The notes: a model not told the origin generated them from the letters alone. Shown: positions 15,068 to 25,210, counted from the stretch's first letter. The stretch is 64,000 nucleotides of DNA from an uncultured Armatimonadia bacterium (GCA_964565895.1 CAZMGT010000015.1:93-64092), one strand, 5' to 3'. Numbers and translations are program-made.

Positions 15068-17506
15068 GTGTCCGCTGCGCTTTTCGCTGCCCTGGCCCTC
15101 GCGAGCTCGCTGCCCGCGACAAGGGTTGTCGACGAGCAAGGCCAAATAATCATCCGCCAGCCGCTGCTCTATTACATCAACTACACCGACGAGTATTTCA
15201 CGAACGAGCGCTTTGCCGAGCAATTTCGCGACGCCCCGCCAGACCTCGTGCACGTGGGCAAGGCCGTGCCCATCACCCACCACTGGGGCCCCGTTCCCGT
15301 AATGCGCGGGGAGAACCAATATACCGGCGGGCCCGGGCATACGCTCAACCGCGCGGCGATTAGGCTGCTCTCGCCCGAGGAGCTGGAAGAGAAGATACAG
15401 ACGATACGCGCCGGCGTGAGGCGCCTGCACGAGGCGGGCGTGCCCTGCGTCGTCCCCTATATTGCCTACCAAACGATCGCCGGCGACCACGAAAAGCGCG
15501 AGGGGTTTTGGAATTTTTACGATCACTGGTCGGCGTATGAGCGCTGGCTTGGCCCGCGGCCGCCCGAGGATCCGTTCCAATGGCTCATGCGCGACGCACA
15601 GGGCAACTTCGTCCCCGGGCTGTGTGGCGGCTACTCCCCGGACTACTACGCCCCCCTGCACCGCTACCGCGTGTGCAGCAACAACCCGCACTGGATGAAC
15701 TTTCTCAACGCCCTCGTGCGCCTCATTGCCCAGTGCGGCTACGACGGGGTGTTTGTGGACAACGTCATCCCCGGGGGCGACACGTGCCGCTACTGCCAGG
15801 AGAGATTTCGCGCGTGGCTTAAGAAAACGCTTTGCCCGGAGGTGCTGGCCAAGCTGTGCGACGGGCGCGCCGTAGACGAGCTGCGCGTTGACGACCCGCA
15901 GGTGCCCGAAGAGCTCGTGCGCCGGTTTCGCATTGAGGTTGTCCGCGACGACGTGCTCGCGTTGCGCGCCGCGGGGCGCGAGGTTAACCCAAAGTTTGTC
16001 ATCTTCCCCAACTCGGGCAGCGCGGCAAGCTGTCTCCCCCTATCCGACGGCTGCGACTTTTATATGTGGGAGAGCGTCTACACCCCGGGGCGGGCGTCGA
16101 GCGGGCCGCTGCCCAGCTCGCGCTATGTGTCCGTTCAGGTCGGGGAGAAAGCGGCGGGCGGAGAGCAAATCGTCTGGCCGGTGAGCTTCCACCGGCCGGA
16201 GATCTCCGCCGAGCTCGAGGGCCAACTCGCCTTTTTTGGACGAGCGCAGGTGGGCCGCGAGGTCGCGTTTACGCTCAGCATTTCGCGCGTGGGCTCGAGC
16301 AACCGCGACGACGACGCCGTGCGCGAGCTTGCCCTGGAGCTGCGTCACGCGCAAACAGGCGAACGCCAGATGGTGGCCTTTGCCCCGCAGGTGGCCGTGG
16401 GCGGGGGCGCATATCGCGGGGCGAGGCGGCCGCCGGTTGTCCTGCGGGCAACCTGGGCCCCGCCCGCCCAGGGCGAGTGGCGCATCGCCCTGCGCTTTCG
16501 CTACAACGACCTAGACCACCAAGACGTCGCCGGCGACGTGCCCCTCGCCCTGCCTCTCATCCGCTGGGGGGTCTATCGCACGCACATAAACCTCCTCCTG
16601 TTTACACTTAGCGCCGGCGCGCAGATGGTGTTTTTGGACTACGACGCCCGCCGACCGGGCATGGAAGACGCGCTTGAGCTGTGGCTTGCCGAGTGCGCGG
16701 CGTTTGGCAACGGCGCCGCCCCCGCCGCGCTGGGCGCGCCGCTGAAGAAGTACCATCGCTTTTTCAAGCAAAACCGAGCGCTTTGGGACAACGTTAGGCC
16801 CTACGCTCAGCTTGGCGTCGTCTATAGCTTCTGGGGCCCGAACGACATCGCTGCGCACAGGCCCAGCCATGTGCCGGCCGCGGCCGACGTCCTCGCTGCG
16901 GAGCACCGCTTGGTTACCGCAATTTCCGACCGCGACCTTTCCGCGGGCTGGCTGCGTGGGCTGTGCGCCGTTTACCTTGTCGCCCCGCGCTACGAACTCA
17001 GCTCAAGCGCGCTTGTTGCCCTGCGCCGGTTCGCCCGCGACGGGGGAACGATCGTCCTCGGCCGAGCGACGACGATAAACGGGCTGCCCGCGGCGCGGGC
17101 GCTGGGCGCGGCGCGGGCTCCTGCGGCGCTGGGCAAGGGCCGCCTCGCCCTCTGGGAGGCGGGCCAGCCTGTCCTCTGCGGGCAAGCGCTGGCCGGCGAC
17201 AGCGGCCTGCTTGCCGGCCTGCGTTTTGCGGCATATCGCACCGCCGGCGGGCGGCAGCGGCTGTTGCTTCACGCGGTGAACTACAACGTATTGCTTGCCG
17301 AAAAGCCCGCGCGGGCCACCCCCGTGGGGCCGGTCGAGGTTTCCCTTCCCCTGCCCGCGGGCTGGGCTGGGGCGCGCGGGGTGCTGTTTTCGCCGGAAAG
17401 AGAGCGCCCGGCGCAGCTAGACGTTCGCGTAGAACATGGCGTGGCGCGGTTTACCCTGCCCAAAGTGCGCATCTACGCCGTCGCCGAGCTCACGCGCACG
17501 AGCTAG
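15068..17506 (+). CDS. Large secreted putative glycoside hydrolase-like protein (TIM barrel, inserted beta-sandwich, GH42-trimerisation-like C-terminus)
   Basis: Signal-like N-terminus; RVCSNNPHW...GYDGVFVDN...TCRYCQERFRAWL resembles GH42-like/uncharacterised GH barrels; ALRRFARDGGTIVL flavodoxin-like segment; LLLHAVNYN C-terminal beta domain. Confidence 0.6.
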   Translation: MSAALFAALALASSLPATRVVDEQGQIIIRQPLLYYINYTDEYFTNERFAEQFRDAPPDLVHVGKAVPITHHWGPVPVMRGENQYTGGPGHTLNRAAIRLLSPEELEEKIQTIRAGVRRLHEAGVPCVVPYIAYQTIAGDHEKREGFWNFYDHWSAYERWLGPRPPEDPFQWLMRDAQGNFVPGLCGGYSPDYYAPLHRYRVCSNNPHWMNFLNALVRLIAQCGYDGVFVDNVIPGGDTCRYCQERFRAWLKKTLCPEVLAKLCDGRAVDELRVDDPQVPEELVRRFRIEVVRDDVLALRAAGREVNPKFVIFPNSGSAASCLPLSDGCDFYMWESVYTPGRASSGPLPSSRYVSVQVGEKAAGGEQIVWPVSFHRPEISAELEGQLAFFGRAQVGREVAFTLSISRVGSSNRDDDAVRELALELRHAQTGERQMVAFAPQVAVGGGAYRGARRPPVVLRATWAPPAQGEWRIALRFRYNDLDHQDVAGDVPLALPLIRWGVYRTHINLLLFTLSAGAQMVFLDYDARRPGMEDALELWLAECAAFGNGAAPAALGAPLKKYHRFFKQNRALWDNVRPYAQLGVVYSFWGPNDIAAHRPSHVPAAADVLAAEHRLVTAISDRDLSAGWLRGLCAVYLVAPRYELSSSALVALRRFARDGGTIVLGRATTINGLPAARALGAARAPAALGKGRLALWEAGQPVLCGQALAGDSGLLAGLRFAAYRTAGGRQRLLLHAVNYNVLLAEKPARATPVGPVEVSLPLPAGWAGARGVLFSPERERPAQLDVRVEHGVARFTLPKVRIYAVAELTRTS

Positions 17507-17616
17507 CCCCCTCTCCTCACCGCCTGTGCAAGGCGAATCTCCCGGGCCAGGCAGGAGCATGGCGCGGCGCGCAGAATGGCCCCGAGGGCAACCGCAGGCG
17601 AAGGGAGTATTGAACC

Positions 17617-19557
17617 ATGGCTGCCAAGCAACGCAAGGTAATGATTATCGGCCTCGACGCGCCCATCCCCGGCCGCGTTTACGACTACGCCAAGCAAGGC
17701 AAGCTGCCCGCGATCGCCAGCGTGATCGACGAGGGCGTCTTTGCGCGGCATTGCATGGTGCCCTATCCCACAATTACCCCGCCCAACTGGACGACGATCG
17801 TCACCGGCGCGCGCCTGGGGACGCACGGGATAACCTGTTTTAACGTGCACAACCCGGGCGACCCGCTCGACGTCACCCACCAGGGGTTCGATACCGCCGA
17901 CTGCCAGGCGGAATATATCTGGAACGCCGCCGAGGCCGTGGGCAAGAAGGCGATTATCGTTAACTATCCGAGCACCTGGCCGCCGACGATCAAGGAGGGG
18001 TGGCAGGTCGGCGGCTCGGGGCTGAGCATGAACGAGTGGCGCTATGGCCAGCCCGCGGGCGTCGCGTTTACCTCGACCCTCTCCTTGGAGCAGCTATTCT
18101 CTACCGAGGAGTACCCTCAGGCAAACGTTATTGAGCTTAAGCCCGCAGAAGGCTGGGCCAACATGCCCCAGGCCAAGGCGGCGCTGGAAGCCGAGCTTAA
18201 CCTTACCTACCGCAGCCCGCGCTACCCGGTGACTCCGGTCACCTGGCACATGCTTGTCCTGGACGGGGGCGAGGGGTTCGATCGGGTGATCGTCGCCGAG
18301 GCGAAGGACGCCGCCCAGCCCATGGCCGAGTTGCGCCCTGGGGAGTGGACGCCGAACATTGTGCGCGAATTTCAAACGGAAAAAGGGCCGCAAAAGGCCG
18401 TTTTCCGCCTGAAGCTCGTCGAGCTCTCGCCCGATGCCCAAAAGCTGCGGCTTTACGTTAGCCCCATCGGCGCCTTGAGCGGGTGGTCCTATCCTGAGTC
18501 GCTGGCCGAGGAGATAAAGTCCGAAAACGGCCTCCCCGCGAGCCACCCCGGCTTTCGCGCCGCGGTGCTCGGGTGGATCGATCACGACACGTTCATCGAG
18601 ATGCTCGACCTGGCGCACACCTGGCTCGCCGACGCCGCGACCTATCTCTTGGCGAACAAGGACTGGACGCTGTTTGTCATGCATATCCACACCCCGGACC
18701 ACTTCTACCACGCATTCGCCACGCCCATGGACCCCGCGACAAGCCCCGACGAAGAGACGGCGCGGACGTTTCAGGAGCTCGAGCTGCGCGCGTACCAGAG
18801 CATTGACCGGGCCATTAGCCGTATCTTAGAGCATGCGGACGAGCAGACCATCGTGATCATCGTCTCCGACCACGGGGCGAAGGCCACGACGCATAAGTTT
18901 AACGTAGGGCAAGTGTTAGAGCAGGCGGGGCTGCTCGTGCGCCAGGAGGGCGAGGCCGGCCAGCCCGGGCCCATCGACTGGAGCAAGACAAAAGCCGTCC
19001 CCCAACGCTCGGCATATATCTACGTAAACCTCAAGGGGCGCGACCCGCAGGGGATCGTCGAGCCCGGGGAAGAGTACGAGGCGGTGTGCGAGCAGATCAT
19101 CGACGCCCTTTACACCTACGTCGACCCGGAGACGGGCAAGCGGCCCATCGTCCTCGCCCTGCGCCGCGAGGATGCGCGCATCCTTGGGCTATACGGCGAC
19201 CGCGTGGGCGACGTTATCTACGCCGTCTCCAAGGACTTCGGCGGCCAGCACGGGCACTTCTTGCCCACGACGAAGTTCAGCTTGGGCGACGTGGGCGGGC
19301 TGTTCATCATGCGCGGCCCAAACGTTAAGCGTGGGGAGATCCTCGAGCGCACAGTGCTGCTTGAGGACATCGTGCCCACGGTGTGCTATCTTGCGGAGCT
19401 GCCCGTGCCCAAGCACGCCGAGGGCGGGATCCTCTACCAGGCGCTGCAGGATCCCAACGAGAAGCTCGCCGAGCTCCAGCGCCTGCGCGACAACTACGAG
19501 CGGCTGCAGCGCGTGGTTGAGGCGGAAACGGCGCTGACGCATACGTATACCAAGTAG
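17617..19557 (+). CDS. Alkaline phosphatase superfamily nucleotide pyrophosphatase/phosphodiesterase
   Basis: IIGLDAP, PTITPPNWTTIVTG (NPP-type Thr), HTPDHFYH, IVSDHG, YVNLKGRDPQGIVEPGEEYE. Confidence 0.9.
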   Translation: MAAKQRKVMIIGLDAPIPGRVYDYAKQGKLPAIASVIDEGVFARHCMVPYPTITPPNWTTIVTGARLGTHGITCFNVHNPGDPLDVTHQGFDTADCQAEYIWNAAEAVGKKAIIVNYPSTWPPTIKEGWQVGGSGLSMNEWRYGQPAGVAFTSTLSLEQLFSTEEYPQANVIELKPAEGWANMPQAKAALEAELNLTYRSPRYPVTPVTWHMLVLDGGEGFDRVIVAEAKDAAQPMAELRPGEWTPNIVREFQTEKGPQKAVFRLKLVELSPDAQKLRLYVSPIGALSGWSYPESLAEEIKSENGLPASHPGFRAAVLGWIDHDTFIEMLDLAHTWLADAATYLLANKDWTLFVMHIHTPDHFYHAFATPMDPATSPDEETARTFQELELRAYQSIDRAISRILEHADEQTIVIIVSDHGAKATTHKFNVGQVLEQAGLLVRQEGEAGQPGPIDWSKTKAVPQRSAYIYVNLKGRDPQGIVEPGEEYEAVCEQIIDALYTYVDPETGKRPIVLALRREDARILGLYGDRVGDVIYAVSKDFGGQHGHFLPTTKFSLGDVGGLFIMRGPNVKRGEILERTVLLEDIVPTVCYLAELPVPKHAEGGILYQALQDPNEKLAELQRLRDNYERLQRVVEAETALTHTYTK

Positions 19558-19684
19558 CCCCGCCGCCCGCGCAGGGGGGCGCGGGCGGGAGGCAAGCGCG
19601 GCACACGTTGCGCCATGCGGCGCGTAGCGGGCGGCGCCCGGGCAAAGGCGGCGCGCTGCCTGTGCGCCGCGGGGGCGAGGAGCT

Positions 19685-20143
19685 GTGCAACGCCAGAGCA
19701 GGGGAGCGATCTCCGTCCATCGGCGACCGCCGCAACGCAGGCGGCGCGCGCCTGTCGGGGCTATCGTCTTTGTCTTGCTGCTGCTTATCGGTGGTTTTGT
19801 GCTTTGGCGCGGTGGCGCTGTGCAGAGGATCGCCCGCGCCCTGCCCTCGGCACAGCCCGCGCAGCGCTCAGCGCAACAAGCCCCGCCACGCGCCGCGCCG
19901 GCGCAGCGCCCTGGGCCAGCGCGCGGGCCCGCGCAAAAGCCGGCGCGCCCCGCGGCTGCGCGCACACCACAGCAGCCGCGCGAGGCAAACTCGATCTACG
20001 TTTGGGTTGGGGTAGACCAGCCGACGATCTACCACCGCACGGCAAAATGCCCGAAAATCAAGGGCACGCCGCTGGACATTACCCTAGCCCAGGCGCGCCA
20101 GCAGAAAATGCACCCCTGCCCTTATTGCAAACCGCCGCGCTAG
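19685..20143 (+). CDS. Membrane-anchored hypothetical protein with C-terminal Ada-type metal-binding-like domain
   Basis: Basic N-terminus, one TM helix (AIVFVLLLLIGGFVLW), Pro/Ala/Gln linker, YHRTAKCP...QARQQKMHPCPYCKP; start uncertain. Confidence 0.65.
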   Translation: MQRQSRGAISVHRRPPQRRRRAPVGAIVFVLLLLIGGFVLWRGGAVQRIARALPSAQPAQRSAQQAPPRAAPAQRPGPARGPAQKPARPAAARTPQQPREANSIYVWVGVDQPTIYHRTAKCPKIKGTPLDITLAQARQQKMHPCPYCKPPR

Positions 20144-20146
20144 CCG

Positions 20147-21580
20147 CTACTCGGGGACGAGATCCGTCCGGGCGATCTTCTGCCAGTAAAACCAGAACTT
20201 CTCTAGGTATGGGTCGCAGAAGCGGTAGCCGGTCATGTCGCCCTTGTCGCCCGTCTCAAACCAGCGGACGACCTGCGGCTGCGCCTCGTGCTCCCTGAGG
20301 AAGCGCACCACCGCGGCGTGCAGGCGCTGGGCCACGCGCGGGTGCTGGGCGACAACGTTCTTGCGCTGCTCCCGGTCGCGCCGCAGGTCGTAAAGCTCCC
20401 AGCGCTCGCGCTGCGGGAAGACGTGCATCGCCCAGCGGCCATCGTGCACGGTAATGCACGCCGTCTCGCGCTGGGCGTTGGGCGCGCCGCCGGAAAAGGC
20501 AAACTCGCGCAGCTCCTCCGTCTCGCCACGCAGCACGGGGACAAGCGACCTCCCCTGAACGCACTCCGGCACAGGCACGCCGGCGAGCTCAAGCAGCGTG
20601 GGCATAAGGTCCGGCGGTTGGGCAAGCGCGGAAAACCGCCGCCCCGCGGCCGTGCCATCGGGCAGGCGAATGATCAGCGGAATGCGCGCCACGGGCTCAT
20701 ATAGCGGGGTGGACTTGGTCATGATCTGCCCGTGCTCGCCGAGGTACGTCCCGTGGTCGGAGGTGGCGATAATCGCTGTGTTCTCGCGCAGCCCAAGGCG
20801 GTCCACGGCGTCGAGCAGCTCGCCCAGCCAGCGGTCGACAAGCGACACCTCGCCCGCGTATAGCGCGCAAATGTGCCTGCGCTCGGCCGGCGTGAGCACC
20901 TCAAGCGAGCGCGGGAACATGATAATTACCTCGCCCCGATAGCCCGGGTCGTAAAGGTCCACGTAATGCTGGGGCGGGTCCCAGGGTTCGTGGGGGTCGA
21001 AGCAGTCGATCCACAGCAAAAACCGCTCGCGGTCGCGGTTGTCCTCAAGCCAGCGAATGGCCGCTTTGATCGTCTGCGCGGGGAAGTAATCCTCCTCATT
21101 GCGCCGCTCGCGCACGTTGCGCAAGTATTGCGCGAGGGTAAGGTTCGTCGGCCGCGGCTTAATTTTGGCTACGTTTTTCGTGGGCAGGTCAAGCGGCTTG
21201 GTGTCCAGGCGAAAGCGGTCTACCTCGTTGCCGCGGATCATCACCCACGCGTGAAACGGGCGGTCGAACCCGTGGCCCGCGTTTATCAGGTGCGGCGTGT
21301 CGTTGATTAGCTGGGTAACATAGCCCGCCTCGGCGAGGGCCTCGGGCAGGGTCACCGCGTCCCAGGCCAGGGGCAGCCAGGGGTGCAGCGGCTCGCCATA
21401 GCGGCCGGTAAGCAGGTCCGTGCGGTTGGGGATCGTGGGGAACGACGCGGCGTAAGCTCGCTCGAACACCGCCCCCTCCGCGGCGAGGCGGTCGAAGTTC
21501 GGCGTGTGTATCCACTCGTTGCCGTAGCAGCCGAGATGGTCCGCGCGCAGCGTGTCGTTCATCACCACGATGAAGTTCAT
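20147..21580 (-). CDS. Sulfatase-like hydrolase with Thr at the nucleophile position
   Basis: NDTLRADHLGCYG, TPNFDRLAAEG, SFPTIPNRTDLLTG, FDPHEPWDPP, TSDHGTYLGEHG. Confidence 0.9.
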   Translation of the reverse strand: MNFIVVMNDTLRADHLGCYGNEWIHTPNFDRLAAEGAVFERAYAASFPTIPNRTDLLTGRYGEPLHPWLPLAWDAVTLPEALAEAGYVTQLINDTPHLINAGHGFDRPFHAWVMIRGNEVDRFRLDTKPLDLPTKNVAKIKPRPTNLTLAQYLRNVRERRNEEDYFPAQTIKAAIRWLEDNRDRERFLLWIDCFDPHEPWDPPQHYVDLYDPGYRGEVIIMFPRSLEVLTPAERRHICALYAGEVSLVDRWLGELLDAVDRLGLRENTAIIATSDHGTYLGEHGQIMTKSTPLYEPVARIPLIIRLPDGTAAGRRFSALAQPPDLMPTLLELAGVPVPECVQGRSLVPVLRGETEELREFAFSGGAPNAQRETACITVHDGRWAMHVFPQRERWELYDLRRDREQRKNVVAQHPRVAQRLHAAVVRFLREHEAQPQVVRWFETGDKGDMTGYRFCDPYLEKFWFYWQKIARTDLVPE

Positions 21581-21622
21581 ACCGCTTCCCTCGCTTGTCG
21601 TTCGCTTGCCCTGCTCTGGGGG

Positions 21623-22933
21623 CTAAGTAATGGGCGACTTTTTCATTTCCATCTTCTCGTGGTCGTACTCCATGCGGCAGCCGTTGCGATAGGACATGTT
21701 CGCGAGAATCGTGGCCACGGCGTGGGCATAGCCCCAGTCGATGTTCGAGCGCGGCTGCTCCCGCGTGCGCAGGCACTGCAGCCAGTGCTGCATGTGGTCT
21801 ACGCTCGGTGGCTTGGGATAGTCTATCCCCTCTTTGGGAATAAGCTTGCTCTTGTCTACGCGGAACGAGGGGTTGGGGTCCTCGGGGTTTTCGCAGATAA
21901 CCTCGCCCCCGCCGCCGTCGGGCACGGCCTTGCCCCCGGGGGTAACCGTGCCGCGCGTGCCGTAGATGGTAATCCCCCGCCCGTTGGCGGAGTTTCCCAG
22001 GCGCATGTGGTAGCGGCAGAGGATTCCCTCCGGATACTCCCACAGGGCGTCGATGGTGTCCGGGTTGGTCCGCCCGTCCTGCCACAGGTAGACCCCGCCC
22101 CAGCACATGGCATACTTGGGGATGGAGTCCAAGCACACGTTAACTTCGTTCATGGCGTGGCTCGCCCACTGGCACAGGCACCCGCTGGAGAACGGCCAGA
22201 ACAAGCGGAACTCAAGGTAATAGCGCGGGTTAAACGGGATGTACGGGAGATAGCACAGCCAGCGCCGCCAGTCTACGTCTTTTTCGGTAATTGCCGTCTC
22301 CGACCCCCTAATGCGCCAGCGCTGCTGGAAGAGGGGCTGGGCGACCTCGACGTAAGTCACCTTGCCCAGGCCGCCGGACTTAATAAACTGCTGCGTGCCC
22401 CACAGCCCGCCGGAGCTTCCCGCCTGCGTGCCCACCTGAACCACGCGCTTTGTGCGCTTAACGGCCTGCCAGCACAGCTTTACCTGCTCGAAATCACACC
22501 CCAACGGCTTCTCCACATAAACGTCCTTGCCCATCTCCACGGCCATCCGGCAGTGCGGGGCGTGTTGGAAGTCCGCCGTGGCAATGATGACCGCGTCTAC
22601 CTCCTTCAGCTGGCAGAGCTCCTCTAGGTTGCGGCAGATAATGGGCTTTTTGCCCGTCCAATCCTGAACGATCTTCGCCGCGCGCTCGCGCCGGTCCTTA
22701 AGCAGGTCGGCCACGGCGACGAACTCGCAGTTTTCCGTTTTGGCAAACTTGTTCGCCCAGGCCATTAGCGAGCGCCCGCGACTCCCCGGCCCAGCGATAC
22801 CCAGGGCAATGCGCTCGTTGGCCCCCAGCGGCCGGTCCTGGGGCATGGCGTTAACCACGCCCAGCGCCATGCTTGCCGCGGCAAGCGAGGCCTTTTGCAA
22901 AAAAGCCCGCCGCGTGCTCCTCGCCCGTCCCAT
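21623..22933 (-). CDS. Tat-exported Gfo/Idh/MocA oxidoreductase
   Basis: STRRAFLQ twin-arginine signal; ANERIALGIAGPGSRG; GKDVYVEKPLG; VVQVGTQ. Confidence 0.9.
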   Translation of the reverse strand: MGRARSTRRAFLQKASLAAASMALGVVNAMPQDRPLGANERIALGIAGPGSRGRSLMAWANKFAKTENCEFVAVADLLKDRRERAAKIVQDWTGKKPIICRNLEELCQLKEVDAVIIATADFQHAPHCRMAVEMGKDVYVEKPLGCDFEQVKLCWQAVKRTKRVVQVGTQAGSSGGLWGTQQFIKSGGLGKVTYVEVAQPLFQQRWRIRGSETAITEKDVDWRRWLCYLPYIPFNPRYYLEFRLFWPFSSGCLCQWASHAMNEVNVCLDSIPKYAMCWGGVYLWQDGRTNPDTIDALWEYPEGILCRYHMRLGNSANGRGITIYGTRGTVTPGGKAVPDGGGGEVICENPEDPNPSFRVDKSKLIPKEGIDYPKPPSVDHMQHWLQCLRTREQPRSNIDWGYAHAVATILANMSYRNGCRMEYDHEKMEMKKSPIT

Positions 22934-23027
22934 TGCAGCTCACCCTTTGCTCTGGTTTGCACGAGCGCGTGATCATTCGCCGCGCTGCGCAGCGCCTATC
23001 TTCCCCGCGCGCACGCCACAACCCCCG

Positions 23028-24218
23028 CTAGCGCAAACGGTTTAAGAACAGGTGCACGCCGTCCACGCCAGCGGCGACCACGTCAAGGTCGCCATCGTGG
23101 TCGATGTCGCCGAAGGCGATCTCGTGGCACTCCTTGCCCGCCCAGGTATACCACGCCGGCTGCTCGGCGAGTTTGCCGCGGTCGTTGAGATAAAGGCAGA
23201 ACCCGCCGCGAAACTTCCCCCCGCCAACCACCCAATTCGCCCCGGCGACGTCTAAGTCGCCATCGCCGTCGATGTCGCCGAAGGCAAATGCGTGCAGGCC
23301 CCTCATCTCCGGCGTGCGCCACGCCGGCTCGCGGGCCAGCTTGCCCCGCTCGTTCTTGAGGTAAAAGCTCTCAAACCCCTTGCTTCGTACGCTCCATGTT
23401 CCCCGCGCGGCAAACAGCTCCGGATAACGGTCGCCGTCGATATCCTGCCAATACAGCCGCTGCGTCCACCCCGGGTAGTCGGGCGCAAGGGTCACCGCGG
23501 CGGCAAACTTTCCCCCACCCAGGTTCTCAAACAGCGCAATGCGGTTGCGCAACATGCTCGCGATATCCAGGTCGCCGTCCAAGTCGTAGTCGCCGAACAC
23601 CGATGTCTCCGAATCAGCCTCCGGCGCAAGCATAATCGAAGGCTCGCGCTCGATCTCTCCGTTGCGGTTGACATAGATCACCGGCCCGCGAAACGGCTTG
23701 CGCACCGAGGCGAGAATGTCCAGGTCGCCGTCGCCGTCGAAGTCGCCGAACTGAATTTGGTTTGTGTCCGCGATAATCCCCGTGTGCCAGTCCGGCTCCT
23801 TGGGAAACTTGCCCGCGCGGCTGAAATAGAGCGTGCAATACGTCTCGTGCATGCCCGAGACGTCGAGCCAGCCGTCGCCGTTCATGTCTACAACTTCCAC
23901 GTGGTCTTTGTCCGAAGTCGGCGCCGACTCCCAGTATGGCTTAGGGTCGAACCGTCCGTGGGCGTTGAGGTAGATCTGCAGGCGAAAGGGCGCCGCCGCG
24001 CCGGTTACCAGGTCCAGCCAGCCGTCGCGGTTAATGTCGGCCAGGCGCACCAGCCCCTCGTGCGGAATGGGCCCCACGTGCTTGGCCGAATCACAGTCCA
24101 GCGTTTGGTCGGGGACCGTGGGCAAAAGCTTATAGGCGATCGTCTCCTGCCCCGCCGCAGTCAAAGCGAAGGCCAAACCCAGGCCTAAAGACAGCGCAAG
24201 CGCCAGGCGCACGCTCAT
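23028..24218 (-). CDS. Secreted FG-GAP/VCBS-repeat beta-propeller protein
   Basis: About seven D(I/F/M)(N/D)GDG(W/D)LD repeats; signal peptide MSVRLALALSLGLGLAFALTAAG; GGAGG RBS before 24218. Confidence 0.88.
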   Translation of the reverse strand: MSVRLALALSLGLGLAFALTAAGQETIAYKLLPTVPDQTLDCDSAKHVGPIPHEGLVRLADINRDGWLDLVTGAAAPFRLQIYLNAHGRFDPKPYWESAPTSDKDHVEVVDMNGDGWLDVSGMHETYCTLYFSRAGKFPKEPDWHTGIIADTNQIQFGDFDGDGDLDILASVRKPFRGPVIYVNRNGEIEREPSIMLAPEADSETSVFGDYDLDGDLDIASMLRNRIALFENLGGGKFAAAVTLAPDYPGWTQRLYWQDIDGDRYPELFAARGTWSVRSKGFESFYLKNERGKLAREPAWRTPEMRGLHAFAFGDIDGDGDLDVAGANWVVGGGKFRGGFCLYLNDRGKLAEQPAWYTWAGKECHEIAFGDIDHDGDLDVVAAGVDGVHLFLNRLR

Positions 24219-24234
24219 TGCCTCTCCTCCTTTG

Positions 24235-25170
24235 CTAGGCGCCGCTGCGGGCAACAACCTCGCGCAGCTTCTCCAGGCCCACGCGCGCCACGCGCCGCGG
24301 GTCCTGCTTCCACAGCTCGCGGTTAAACAGCTCGAGCGACAGCTGCCCCCGATAGCCAATGTCCCGCAGGTCGCGCAGCACCTGCTCCAGCGGCAAAACT
24401 CCGTCGCCCGGGAGCACGCGATGGGCATCGCTCTGCCGCTCGCGCGGAGGCTCGGCCGGCGCGTCATTTATGTGAAAAATGGCCAAAAACGACCCATTAA
24501 GATGCCTAAGCCCGGAAAACCCCGAGCCCCCGCGAAACATGTGAAACGTGTCCGGCACGATACACGCCAAGGGATGGCCAGACTCGATCGCGATGGCCAC
24601 CGCCTGGCCCAGGCGGAATACGTTTTGGAAAAAGCCCAAAAACTCCATCGCCGGAATGACCTCAAACCGCTGCCCCAGATCTACCAGCTCGCGGTAGCGC
24701 CGCGCGGCGTCGAGAATGTCCACCCCCGGCCTGTTCGGCGTGGGCGAGGCGACGATATGCGGGCAGCGCAAGCGCGCCGCTTGGTCCAGCCGGCGGCGAG
24801 CCTCCTCAAGCGCCTGCTTGTGCTCCTCGCCCTCCGTCTGCATCCAGCGGTGCAGGGCGATAATGCTCGCCACCTCTAGCCCGTTGTCCTCGATGCGCTT
24901 GCGCAGGTCCTCGAGCGAGCCGCCCTCCTGCTCGTAGCGCGTTAACTCGTCGCTCCACAGCTCAAGCGAGTCGAAGCCCGCCTTTGCCGCAGCCTCGATT
25001 TTCTCCACAAGCGAGGCGGGGCGAATGGTGCTTGTGTTAAGGCAAAACTTCCATCTCGCCGCCCGCGGCCGGGGCTCCTGCGCCCCTGCGCCGCCCGCGG
25101 CAGCAAGCGTCAAGCCTAGTCCCGCTTGTGCAAGCATAGCCACCGCCTCCCTGCGCGTAACGTGCGGCAT
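24235..25170 (-). CDS. Sugar phosphate isomerase/epimerase (AP_endonuc_2 TIM barrel) with Tat-like signal
   Basis: TRREAVAML; FCLNTSTI, AMEFLGF, VPDTFHMFRG, FHINDAP, RVLPGDGVLPL, SLELFN. Confidence 0.9.
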   Translation of the reverse strand: MPHVTRREAVAMLAQAGLGLTLAAAGGAGAQEPRPRAARWKFCLNTSTIRPASLVEKIEAAAKAGFDSLELWSDELTRYEQEGGSLEDLRKRIEDNGLEVASIIALHRWMQTEGEEHKQALEEARRRLDQAARLRCPHIVASPTPNRPGVDILDAARRYRELVDLGQRFEVIPAMEFLGFFQNVFRLGQAVAIAIESGHPLACIVPDTFHMFRGGSGFSGLRHLNGSFLAIFHINDAPAEPPRERQSDAHRVLPGDGVLPLEQVLRDLRDIGYRGQLSLELFNRELWKQDPRRVARVGLEKLREVVARSGA

Positions 25171-25210
25171 GGCTCATCCCTCGCGCGGTTTTGTGTAGCA
25201 AACGGCTCGT

